Source: a virus. Taken from it: a stretch of 64,000 nucleotides of DNA. Made by a program: the position numbers and the translations under genes. Location of the stretch: the IMG/VR virus record IMGVR_UViG_3300000980_000024. One strand, 5' to 3'. Shown here in pieces: positions 56,334-64,000 of this stretch (positions within the stretch are counted from its first letter, which is position 1; the number at the start of each line of letters is the position of its first letter). The notes under the pieces are model-generated. The model saw nothing but the letters and a program-made list of their open reading frames with translations, had not been told where the DNA came from and did no database searches.

Positions 56334-56367
56334 AAAAAAGCGTATACCCGCGAAGATATACGCTTTT
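56334..56367 (-). terminator. intrinsic terminator after the capsid genes
   Basis: AAAAGCGTATA/TATACGCTTTT stem followed by a U-tract on the minus strand. Confidence 0.8.
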
Positions 56368-56390
56368 CCAATTCAAGTCAATGAATGTGC

Positions 56391-57137
56391 TTACTTGCTA
56401 TCTGTGCAGGTATTGCAGTCACCCAAAGTTTCTGGGCAGTTACAAGTATTAGTGATCTTCTGTTTATCAAAACAGATTTCATCAGCAATAATACCTGCTG
56501 CAAAAATAGGAAGCTGACCTTCACCACACGAACCACAGCAACCACCATCACCTAATGTAGCAGGAACAGCTGTGATTGTTAATCGTAAGTAAAGAGCCTG
56601 ACCCAATAATGCTGGTACTGGAGGGATAATGCCCTCGTAAACCAATGCGTCATTGTTGCGGAAGTCAGATGCATCACCGTCATAAAGACACGCTTGTTGT
56701 TCAGCGTCTTTGGTTGAATTCATCATTCCGTTACCAAAGTCATATGAAATCGTCGGAGTACCTGCAAAAGCAGCCACACCAGATGCGTCACCGTCATTAG
56801 CAACATACGCATCACAGACATCGGTGACCGATACCAATTCAGCATCTGCTGTCATACCAGCTAGGGCAGAATAACTACCCATCCATAGACCACGGTAAAC
56901 AGCAGCATCAGGAAACACCGCAACAAAAATCTCGTCACCCACAGCTAAACTAGATAAATAGTCAGAGTATGCGTTTAACGCGAGTTCTGTACGATGGCTG
57001 TTGCCGTCAACTTGACCAGTTAACGCTGGATCAAAGAAGACTTGTTCTGCTTCGCTCGTAGTTAGTGGGACGCGAATCCGACCATCGTCGAGATTGCGTT
57101 TGTAATTACCACCATTGAATAAGAAAAATGTGCTCAT
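56391..57137 (-). CDS. putative capsid cement/decoration protein, Cys-rich
   Basis: Between the MCP and the terminator; GGCCGSCG and TCNCPETLGDCNTC. Confidence 0.55.
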   Translation of the reverse strand: MSTFFLFNGGNYKRNLDDGRIRVPLTTSEAEQVFFDPALTGQVDGNSHRTELALNAYSDYLSSLAVGDEIFVAVFPDAAVYRGLWMGSYSALAGMTADAELVSVTDVCDAYVANDGDASGVAAFAGTPTISYDFGNGMMNSTKDAEQQACLYDGDASDFRNNDALVYEGIIPPVPALLGQALYLRLTITAVPATLGDGGCCGSCGEGQLPIFAAGIIADEICFDKQKITNTCNCPETLGDCNTCTDSK

Positions 57138-57152
57138 TTGGATTCCCCTGTA

Positions 57153-58193
57153 TTAATCACAAGCCGGAGCTAGTATAGGTTTCTCGTCATTCACAACAAT
57201 GTGACCCTTACCTAAGAAACGGCAATCGTACACATGCATGTGCCAGTAGTAGACGATCTGATTAATCATCGCACCTGTCGCATCTTCCATATACGTTTTG
57301 TTTTTCAAACGTATTGACGCCTTAGCACCACGATACCGCTTACCGAATAAAATTGGATAAACAGTTTGTGGTTCGCCGCCAGAAAGACAAGTCAAAGACT
57401 CAACGCAGTAAGATGTAATAACATCTAAACCACGTGGTTTGTGTGGAAAATAATCACGAAACAACGCACAAGAACCACAGTCGCCAACAGAGTCATACCT
57501 ATTGTATTCAGAAACACTCATCAGTACAGACTCAATTTCTTGAGGACCAAAGATGAAACCGTCAACACTTGAATGACCGAACTCGTTAGGGACACTAGCA
57601 GTACGGGGCATTTGTTTGATGACGTTGACAACTTGCTTGAACCAAGCGTCAGCATTGTCTTTGTCAAATAAAACAGCGGCACTTGGGGCACCAACTACTT
57701 GACCACCAGTAGTTAAACCAGCACTGTTACCTGTGTTTTTAGGGTGTACGCTTGTTAGTAATGTACGGTAGAAACGAGTCATCAATGCGTTACGACCATT
57801 TTCAATGGCAGTTGCAAGTTGATCGTTGTACCACATTTTAAGAACAGGGAATTGATTGATGCACTCCATCTGATCCTCGTCCATCTTAATTTCAAAACCG
57901 CCTTTACAGAAGCCATGAAATGTCAATGTCCGTGGAGGACTAAGTGTTTGTCGTTTGTATGCAGCATCCACCGCAGAATCAGACATAGAAGGAAGTTGAG
58001 CATGATCTTCAACTAGATAAGTAACCGTATTACAAATATCTAAACTAGAATCGATCTGAAGAAAAAGCTCAATCGCCAACGTGCGTCGATACTGATAAAT
58101 AATATATTCCGACAATCGAGTACCCATGAGTACTTGAAGGTCTTTATTATCCATCGCTGGTAGTTGCGCAGCATGGTTTATGCCGTTTAACAT
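57153..58193 (-). CDS. major capsid protein
   Basis: 346 aa after a scaffold-like gene; dedicated strong promoter and downstream terminator. Confidence 0.65.
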   Translation of the reverse strand: MLNGINHAAQLPAMDNKDLQVLMGTRLSEYIIYQYRRTLAIELFLQIDSSLDICNTVTYLVEDHAQLPSMSDSAVDAAYKRQTLSPPRTLTFHGFCKGGFEIKMDEDQMECINQFPVLKMWYNDQLATAIENGRNALMTRFYRTLLTSVHPKNTGNSAGLTTGGQVVGAPSAAVLFDKDNADAWFKQVVNVIKQMPRTASVPNEFGHSSVDGFIFGPQEIESVLMSVSEYNRYDSVGDCGSCALFRDYFPHKPRGLDVITSYCVESLTCLSGGEPQTVYPILFGKRYRGAKASIRLKNKTYMEDATGAMINQIVYYWHMHVYDCRFLGKGHIVVNDEKPILAPACD

Positions 58194-58278
58194 ATGAGAA
58201 ACCTCAATAAAAAGTTAAGTCCGAATTGTTTTGTCTGGGGTTCCGTCAAACGTCCAACGATGCGAAGGACTAAATCAA

Positions 58279-58307
58279 AGCATACTTAGTTGCAATATGC
58301 TTGTCAA
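58279..58307 (-). promoter_or_regulatory. sigma70-type capsid promoter with an embedded inverted repeat
   Basis: TTGACA-N17-TATGCT; AAGCATA(58278-84)/TATGCTT(58296-302). Confidence 0.75.
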
Positions 58308-58324
58308 ATTTTTACTAGAAGTGG

Positions 58325-58951
58325 TTATCGTCGTAACATATCCGCTTCTTCAGCCATTAGTCTTGCATGTTCTTCAGAGAACTGATTAAGGTTTGTAAAC
58401 TCACCTCTATCAAGCTTTGCATACAGATCGTCATACTTACCCTGCATGTCTGTCGCAAGCTGCTGTTCTCGGGTGTTAACGATTGGTTGTCGTCCCGGTA
58501 CGTTTGCAGATGCTTCAGCGAAACTTTGTTGTAATGTGCGCAGCGTAGTTAGGCGTTGTTTTACATCTGGGATCTGATTGATTTGATCCATCCTGCCACG
58601 GCCATAATCGTCGTTACCTTTTAGGAAATCTTCAAAACCCGGTGTGCTTTGTTTGATTTGATCGAACTGCTGATCGAATACCAACTGCATAGCTTCATTG
58701 TCAGCGGCCAACTGACGTTGATCGAGCACATCCGTTAACTGAGAAACAAGATCAGTATTAGGTGTTGCTGCTGGCGTTGTGTCAGTTATAGCAGGTGTTG
58801 CTGGTTGTGCAGCTAAAGGTGGTGTCTGTGAATTGTGCTTAGCAATTGCACCAGCTAACTTATCATAATCAATCTCAGGTACTACCGCTTGAGTAGGCTG
58901 TGATGATTCATTATTCGCAGGTGGTGGTGGGTTGTTAACTATGTCATTCAT
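58325..58951 (-). CDS. putative scaffolding protein
   Basis: Low-complexity P/Q/T N-terminus, helical, immediately upstream of the MCP. Confidence 0.6.
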   Translation of the reverse strand: MNDIVNNPPPPANNESSQPTQAVVPEIDYDKLAGAIAKHNSQTPPLAAQPATPAITDTTPAATPNTDLVSQLTDVLDQRQLAADNEAMQLVFDQQFDQIKQSTPGFEDFLKGNDDYGRGRMDQINQIPDVKQRLTTLRTLQQSFAEASANVPGRQPIVNTREQQLATDMQGKYDDLYAKLDRGEFTNLNQFSEEHARLMAEEADMLRR

Positions 58952-59333
58952 ACTTTATCTCCGTCAGATACTTCAAAATTGTTTGTGTTTGAATAAGCAT
59001 TGCTTTGTTACCAGCAGGTGCCTGTCCGATTAACCACGCTTTAAGCTCGTCAATATAAATCAGTGTCTGCTCTAAATCAAGTACTGCTTTAACTGGTTTA
59101 CGTACTATCCATGGTCTGGGTCCAGAATTATCAACCAATAAATAGTTCAGTGCGGTCAACGTATTAAACTCACCCAGTATACGACTAACCATGTAAGTAA
59201 ACGTATCGTCATCTTGATCGGCTGTTGAGAAAGAAGTCAGAAGCTTCATTCGCTTCAATGCTTTATCTTCCAATAACTGACGTATGAACTTACGCTCAGT
59301 GTCGTCAAACCAAGATACCTGCAGTGTTAGCAA
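58944..59333 (-). CDS. hypothetical protein
   Basis: 129-aa ORF in the late operon. Confidence 0.55.
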   Translation of the reverse strand: MLTLQVSWFDDTERKFIRQLLEDKALKRMKLLTSFSTADQDDDTFTYMVSRILGEFNTLTALNYLLVDNSGPRPWIVRKPVKAVLDLEQTLIYIDELKAWLIGQAPAGNKAMLIQTQTILKYLTEIKYE

Positions 59334-59821
59334 GACACAGACCCCGTTAATTGATAAGGAACAATGGTCATATCAACAACCGTTGGGTTTGCACAGTCTG
59401 CCAGTGATGGGTTCTCGCATCGATCAGCGATGATGTAGTAGTCGCCCGGTCTAGTTATGTGAATGAAATCATTGTAAGTGTTGTTGAATCGGTCCCAACC
59501 TAATCGCAAGATACTTCGATTATCATCTGTGAAACTTGTGGGTGGTCCCTGAATTACATCTTTGTTAGGTGTGTAGCAACGATACACTTTATCAATGCAG
59601 TTGTCGGGTAACTTACACTCAGGGTCAACCAATGCAGGGGCTATGCGGATAACATAAAATGTTGTGCAACCACGGTAATTATCGTGCGTAGTCATTTCAA
59701 GTACAGCAGCTTCACCTGCTAATACTTGAAATGTTGAACCCCTGAAATAATTCTCGCACTCGGTATAAACATTACCGGCTTGACGTGAGTCAAATATAAT
59801 CTTGGCTTGATTACTCATCAT
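59327..59821 (-). CDS. Cys-containing virion-region protein
   Basis: Likely start MMSNQ near 59821 after GAGTGGC; several Cys. Confidence 0.55.
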   Translation of the reverse strand: MMSNQAKIIFDSRQAGNVYTECENYFRGSTFQVLAGEAAVLEMTTHDNYRGCTTFYVIRIAPALVDPECKLPDNCIDKVYRCYTPNKDVIQGPPTSFTDDNRSILRLGWDRFNNTYNDFIHITRPGDYYIIADRCENPSLADCANPTVVDMTIVPYQLTGSVSC

Positions 59822-60308
59822 CGCCACTCGAAGTATCATCAGCAATGAGTTGTTCCATGTGAGACAACACACCGCCACTGATGGCAGCTAATGTGATCTC
59901 ATCTTGGATTGTTGATATTTCCAACTCTTCCAATTTTTTAAACTTAGCGTACAACATGGTTGCTTTCTCTAAGTTCATTGCGTCTTGTGCTTCCAAGATT
60001 GAAGTGTTTAATGCTTCGATCTCAGCTAAACCATCTTCATTGATAAGACCACCAGCAATACCCAACCGACCCATTGGTGGGTTTTTGAACTCTTCAGTTA
60101 ACACAGCGTAATCTTCCTCAGTTATCTCAGCGACTTTGTACATGTCGTCCATTGGGTAACTGATCGCAGGTTCACCGTTCAAATATAAAGCTGTCATTAG
60201 AGTCAGACCTTCTTTCTCTGATCTCGACCCTAACGTGTAGTATTTATACTCCCTAACTTGTGCTGTTGGTTCATTGTCGTCAACAACTATTTCGTTTTCG
60301 TCTGTCAT
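59811..60308 (-). CDS. acidic hypothetical protein
   Basis: 165 aa, GAGG RBS. Confidence 0.6.
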   Translation of the reverse strand: MTDENEIVVDDNEPTAQVREYKYYTLGSRSEKEGLTLMTALYLNGEPAISYPMDDMYKVAEITEEDYAVLTEEFKNPPMGRLGIAGGLINEDGLAEIEALNTSILEAQDAMNLEKATMLYAKFKKLEELEISTIQDEITLAAISGGVLSHMEQLIADDTSSGDDE

Positions 60309-60320
60309 GATTGACCTCTA

Positions 60321-61799
60321 TTATTCAGTTCGTAGCCACAAAATTTGTGCTGTCATTTCACCGTGATAAAACAACGCAGGTAGTGACGCAATGTTAACAT
60401 TGTTCGTGTCCAACGCTAACCACCACTGACTGTATCGTTGGACATTTGCACCAGCCGCAACAATCACATCCTCTGTCATAATTGCACTACTGACAGACTT
60501 CTCAAATAAATCTTGATAACCATTGCCTGACGGAGCATCTTCATAACCAAGATTCGATGACCAACCATTACCCAATGTAACAATCGATGAGTTCATATTA
60601 AGATCAAAGTATGGGGGAAGTGGTGCGTTAGGGTCAGCATCCAATGTGTAAATAACTGACTGATCCAAGTCACGCTCAACATCTTCGTCTATTGGGCCCA
60701 ATGGTCTATATGACGCATGACCTTTCACAGTAATGCGCGCTATGGCTGGCGAGTCAGTAAATGGATTAGTGTCATTGATCGATAAGATACCTGCACCACC
60801 TAATACACCTGGTGTAACTGCACCACTTATAAATGTGTTATCACGTGCTTGATAAACGATGTTGCCTCTGGCGTCAGCTGCTGTCGGTGTGAATGCAACA
60901 CATACCGCACCACCAACTGCTGTCTCAGATGAAAATGCTGCAGGGCAACACTTTATTGCACCTTTACCACAGTTACCATTTTCATCTACGAAAACAACAG
61001 ATGCTCCATTAGGGATTTGAGTATCACCGTCACCATCTAGTGTGTTGAGTGATTCACAAATCTCAGGGATTTCTGGTTCCTCAACAACAACTCTTAATCG
61101 TTTCCTGACAATGCTACCGTCTGGGTTACAAAACCAAGCCCATTCGGTTGTTGCTGTTCCATCAGTAGCCAGTGTAATCGTGCCGTCAGTCGGAGGACAT
61201 GTTGTGGTCAGATGATAATTGATACCACCATCATCGTTTGGTGTGGCTGTTAGAACGAGAATGTTACTGTCTTCAGATACTGTCGGTACTGGTGTTGGTG
61301 CTACTGCACCAAAGTTTACTGTTCTCTGTACACAGTTTTCCAAGTCAGTAAATGTAAACGACCCACCTTCAGAGGGGTCAATGTTTACTGGTACACCATC
61401 TGGGAAAACATTTTCCTTCGCACATAAACATTTCAAGAACTGATCAACGAACTCGTTGAGAGTTAATGTACCAGTGTTACAACAACCATTTGCATCAAGA
61501 CGTAAAGGTATCTGCAGTAATTCACAAAGGTCGTTAATGTTGTTAATTTCAAGTGGTTCTAAATCACACAGGCTTGACAAGTCTACATACAACCAGTCGT
61601 GATCACATGTGTGATAGTACAATTTTTTCGAACCATCACAATCTTTGTAGACAGCAAAAGGAAGTTGGTCAGGTTCTGGTTGCCATTCGGGAGGGGCTGT
61701 TGTCGATGTGGGGATACAACTTATATCCAGTTCATCAGGACAAGGAAGAGTGCCTTCAGCATCACAGGTCTTACTACTGCAATTGTTATTGGTCGCCAT
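60321..61799 (-). CDS. Cys-rich fibre-like virion protein
   Basis: About 20 Cys in the N-terminal ~295 aa; Cys-free beta-rich C-terminal domain. Confidence 0.55.
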   Translation of the reverse strand: MATNNNCSSKTCDAEGTLPCPDELDISCIPTSTTAPPEWQPEPDQLPFAVYKDCDGSKKLYYHTCDHDWLYVDLSSLCDLEPLEINNINDLCELLQIPLRLDANGCCNTGTLTLNEFVDQFLKCLCAKENVFPDGVPVNIDPSEGGSFTFTDLENCVQRTVNFGAVAPTPVPTVSEDSNILVLTATPNDDGGINYHLTTTCPPTDGTITLATDGTATTEWAWFCNPDGSIVRKRLRVVVEEPEIPEICESLNTLDGDGDTQIPNGASVVFVDENGNCGKGAIKCCPAAFSSETAVGGAVCVAFTPTAADARGNIVYQARDNTFISGAVTPGVLGGAGILSINDTNPFTDSPAIARITVKGHASYRPLGPIDEDVERDLDQSVIYTLDADPNAPLPPYFDLNMNSSIVTLGNGWSSNLGYEDAPSGNGYQDLFEKSVSSAIMTEDVIVAAGANVQRYSQWWLALDTNNVNIASLPALFYHGEMTAQILWLRTE

Positions 61800-61850
61800 A
61801 ATATTTATTTTGTGGTTGTCCGAGGTGCATTGTTCTTGTCCTAGACAACG

Positions 61851-61880
61851 ATCATATTACGTGGCTTGGTGTCTTGTCAA
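61851..61880 (-). promoter_or_regulatory. sigma70-type late promoter
   Basis: TTGACA-N18-TATGAT upstream of 61799. Confidence 0.6.
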
Positions 61881-62137
61881 ACGTTTAGCGACGCTAGATA
61901 TAGTTGAAGTTGGTCACGTTGTTGATCTGTTTTTAAAATTACATCAGCAACATAAACACCCTCATTATTTTTTTCTATGAAACCAACAGGTGTGCAGCAA
62001 CCAATTGATACACGGATACGGTTGTCTCTACGTTTTATAAACCTAAGCGTTGCATCACTTTTTACCATCGAACTAATCTGTCGTGCCTTCATAATGCTGT
62101 TGGTAAATGGTCGTGATGATTTAAAACTACCTTTCAT
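61877..62137 (-). CDS. hypothetical protein, paralogue of 62134..62364
   Basis: L.F....N.I.V..G.....G.I..N..G....DV...T..QR.QL...L..LN shared. Confidence 0.65.
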   Translation of the reverse strand: MKGSFKSSRPFTNSIMKARQISSMVKSDATLRFIKRRDNRIRVSIGCCTPVGFIEKNNEGVYVADVILKTDQQRDQLQLYLASLNV

Positions 62138-62364
62138 TGGTTTAACTCCATAAGGTGGTTGTCTAGTTGTTTACGTTGTTCGGGTGTGACATTGGTTACG
62201 TCTGATTGGAACAAACCATCGTCGTTCTGGTTTATAACACCCATGTACTGAGATTTTCCGGCAATGACTTGTATTTGATTAGAAGCAAGTTGTACAAACT
62301 TTAAAGGTTGCTTCTTTTGCTCAGCACTTCTTCGGACTCTTTGTCTTAAATAATTTGATACCAT
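62134..62364 (-). CDS. hypothetical protein, paralogue of 61877..62137
   Basis: Same shared pattern. Confidence 0.65.
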   Translation of the reverse strand: MVSNYLRQRVRRSAEQKKQPLKFVQLASNQIQVIAGKSQYMGVINQNDDGLFQSDVTNVTPEQRKQLDNHLMELNQ

Positions 62365-62471
62365 TACTTATTTTCCCAGACATTGTACGCCAATGGTCCT
62401 AGTGGTAAAACTTTTTCCGATTGTAGTTTCAGTATTGATTGCGCGAACAACCTTTCAATTTTTTTAAGCAT
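62364..62471 (-). CDS. 35-aa hypothetical peptide (MLKKIERLF...)
   Basis: Read by hand; ACGGAG RBS; TAATG coupling to 62364. Confidence 0.5.
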   Translation of the reverse strand: MLKKIERLFAQSILKLQSEKVLPLGPLAYNVWENK

Positions 62472-62495
62472 TGCTTATTTTCTCCGTAGTTTCTT

Positions 62496-62541
62496 AAAAT
62501 GAAAACCAACATGAGTAAGAGAGACAGAAACCTCATGTTGG
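62496..62541 (-). terminator. terminator/attenuator-like hairpin ahead of the leftward operon
   Basis: Perfect 10-bp stem CCAACATGAG/CTCATGTTGG followed by TTTTCATTTT. Confidence 0.55.
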
Positions 62542-62611
62542 CCTCACTGTTTACCAACTAACATCATGTTGAGGCATGATGAATTTGTAATATACATTAA
62601 CGTGCGGAAGT

Positions 62612-62634
62612 TACAATATAAATTTTATATTGTA
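62612..62634. repeat. perfect 11-bp inverted repeat TACAATATAAA-T-TTTATATTGTA
   Basis: Seen directly. Confidence 0.8.
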
Positions 62635-62636
62635 CT

Positions 62637-63122
62637 TTACAGACTCCACCACTCTGCTTTGGTCAATCCCCATGGCCCATTCTGCAACAACAGTGCTACA
62701 CCGTAATCACAACACTTTACATTACCGTCTTGGTCTATGCCCCAATTCTGAATCTTTCGATCAGTAATCCATCGTGGTATATGTGTTGGTAGCAAAGGGT
62801 TATTAATATCTGTGATTGGTTTAAGTTTTTCTTGGGTGAGTATTTTGCCGCATGATGATATGAAGTAACACGCCGCTAACCATTTTTTAGCTTCCTTCGT
62901 TTCTTTGAAGTCTTGCCAGATGCTGTACTCTAGAGTGTTGGCGATGTGTGCTGGGTCTGTGGAAATCTTTACAACCTTACCAGTTTTACTATTGTAAAGA
63001 TCATAAACAACTCTCGAATGACCTTTACCTAGATGTTCACCGCATAATGTTTCACCTAATGCAATTGCAATATCGTTAGTCTCTCGATTGTTTAAATCAT
63101 GGATACTGTCGCGTATGTCCAT
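62637..63122 (-). CDS. minimal protein-kinase-fold protein
   Basis: LGKGHSRVVY (Gly loop), VVKI, NTLE, DRKIQN (catalytic loop), DYG. Confidence 0.8.
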   Translation of the reverse strand: MDIRDSIHDLNNRETNDIAIALGETLCGEHLGKGHSRVVYDLYNSKTGKVVKISTDPAHIANTLEYSIWQDFKETKEAKKWLAACYFISSCGKILTQEKLKPITDINNPLLPTHIPRWITDRKIQNWGIDQDGNVKCCDYGVALLLQNGPWGLTKAEWWSL

Positions 63123-63148
63123 TTGTTACTCCGTTGGTGGCGGTTAAG

Positions 63149-63198
63149 AAAAAAAAATCCCCTCAGTAAGAAGCTTTTTCACGGCTGTACTTTGGGGA
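63149..63198 (-). terminator. intrinsic terminator directly upstream of the kinase gene
   Basis: TCCCC..AGTA/TACT..GGGGA stem followed by T9 on the minus strand. Confidence 0.6.
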
Positions 63199-63339
63199 CT
63201 AAAATATCATAGGTAGTAATAATGATTTCAGAATGATAGCACTTTTATTCTTTGATTACTATAGGGTGTTCGTAGGCTGGTAATTGTTATGGTGTAAGAG
63301 TGATTTTCAAAAACGTAAAAAAATTCATGGTTAGTCAGA

Positions 63340-63460
63340 TATACTACCCCACCCCCGCCACACGTAATCAGCTTTCCCCATTAAGACGCACAAGGCCTCA
63401 CAGCCTCAACACCTCACAACACCACACGTCATCATATACACCACACACTACATATAATGT
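63340..63460. repeat. C/A-skewed low-complexity tract, candidate genome end
   Basis: CCCCACCCCCG, CCTCA x3, CCACACGT x2. Confidence 0.45.
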
Positions 63461-63547
63461 TACACGCTAACAATTGCAGCACTTAGCCTTTGCACTCTAT
63501 TAGACAGTTGTCAGTTATTACATTAACTATTTGTAATGATAAAACAT

Positions 63548-63575
63548 TTGACAGCTACCCCTATTGTGGTATTAT
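63548..63575 (+). promoter_or_regulatory. strong early sigma70 promoter with extended -10
   Basis: TTGACA-N16-TATTAT with TGG immediately before the -10. Confidence 0.75.
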
Positions 63576-63731
63576 TTGCATCGTGACTAGTGGGCATATA
63601 TGGCAACGTCACAAAGGCACTCGCTAATAACTGGCGACTTTAAACATTCGGTTATCGTCTGTAGTATCAAAGCACCATACTGGTTGCGTACTATTCAGAC
63701 AGTAATCATTAATGACCTTGGAGGTTATGTA

Positions 63732-64000
63732 ATGGCTAAGCGTACTAAAGCAAGAATCAAACGCGATCAATTGAAACAGGTTGAACGATTAAGAGCTAAG
63801 CAACGTAAACTATCAATCAAGTATTTGCGTACAGCTAGGACTGAGTTAAATGACTTAGGTGTCGAGCTTGACGGTAATGTCAGCATCTATAATCCTAAAA
63901 CTAATAAACGTACAACAATGACTATTGAGCAATTCAAGAAGATTCAAAAAACAATCAACATGAGTGACATACAAAGTGCTGGCTTGGGTTATTCACAATC
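63732..64000 (+). CDS. basic hypothetical first early protein (runs off the window)
   Basis: GGAGG RBS; MAKRTKARIKRDQLKQ... open to the window end. Confidence 0.7.
   Translation, partial: MAKRTKARIKRDQLKQVERLRAKQRKLSIKYLRTARTELNDLGVELDGNVSIYNPKTNKRTTMTIEQFKKIQKTINMSDIQSAGLGYSQ

Noticed and set aside
62582-62606. dif-like core TAATGTATATTA on the minus strand
   Set aside because: Only the central 12 nt match. The XerC and XerD arms do not, and such a match is plausible by chance in AT-rich DNA.
63346-63360. G-quadruplex from GGCGGGGGTGGGG on the minus strand
   Set aside because: Too few separate G-tracts for a stable three-tier quadruplex.
1-64000. CRISPR array, tRNA, DGR/retron or integrase
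   Set aside because: No regularly spaced repeats, cloverleaf, reverse transcriptase or recombinase motifs were seen by eye. tRNAscan and an HMM search would be needed to exclude them fully.

Overview
The window is most (possibly nearly all) of an AT-rich tailed dsDNA phage genome. It looks podovirus-like with ejected internal proteins. The host is probably a Gram-negative gammaproteobacterium, inferred from CsrA, TraR/DksA, lipoprotein and spanin genes. No integrase, tRNA, CRISPR array or reverse transcriptase was seen. Layout: (1) 1-16.5 kb (+), small early/accessory genes, including a GT2 glycosyltransferase, a DUF3560 protein, N6-adenine and C5-cytosine DNA methyltransferases, CsrA-like proteins, an HD alarmone-hydrolase-like protein, a TraR-like Zn finger and a frameshifted HNH; (2) 16.5-29.2 kb, replication (PrimPol-helicase, Cro-like regulator, Tad2-like protein, DUF2800/DUF2815, family B polymerase, RecD-like helicase, VRR-NUC, SNF2); (3) 29.4-34 kb (+), terminase and portal; (4) 34-62.5 kb (-), an expanded envelope/lysis cassette, fibres, a 2226-aa polyvalent ejection protein, tail, capsid and scaffold; (5) 62.5-64 kb, hairpin-rich control region, a minimal protein kinase, the probable genome end and the early promoter. 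Best candidates for undescribed biology: a cysteine-rich outer virion alongside cysteine-free ejected proteins; a regulator set (three CsrA paralogues, SAH, TraR) with GGA-bearing late leaders; and an envelope cassette carrying an OmpA-domain lipoprotein and a membrane-anchored nucleoside-hydrolase-like enzyme. All family assignments come from recalled motifs, not database searches.
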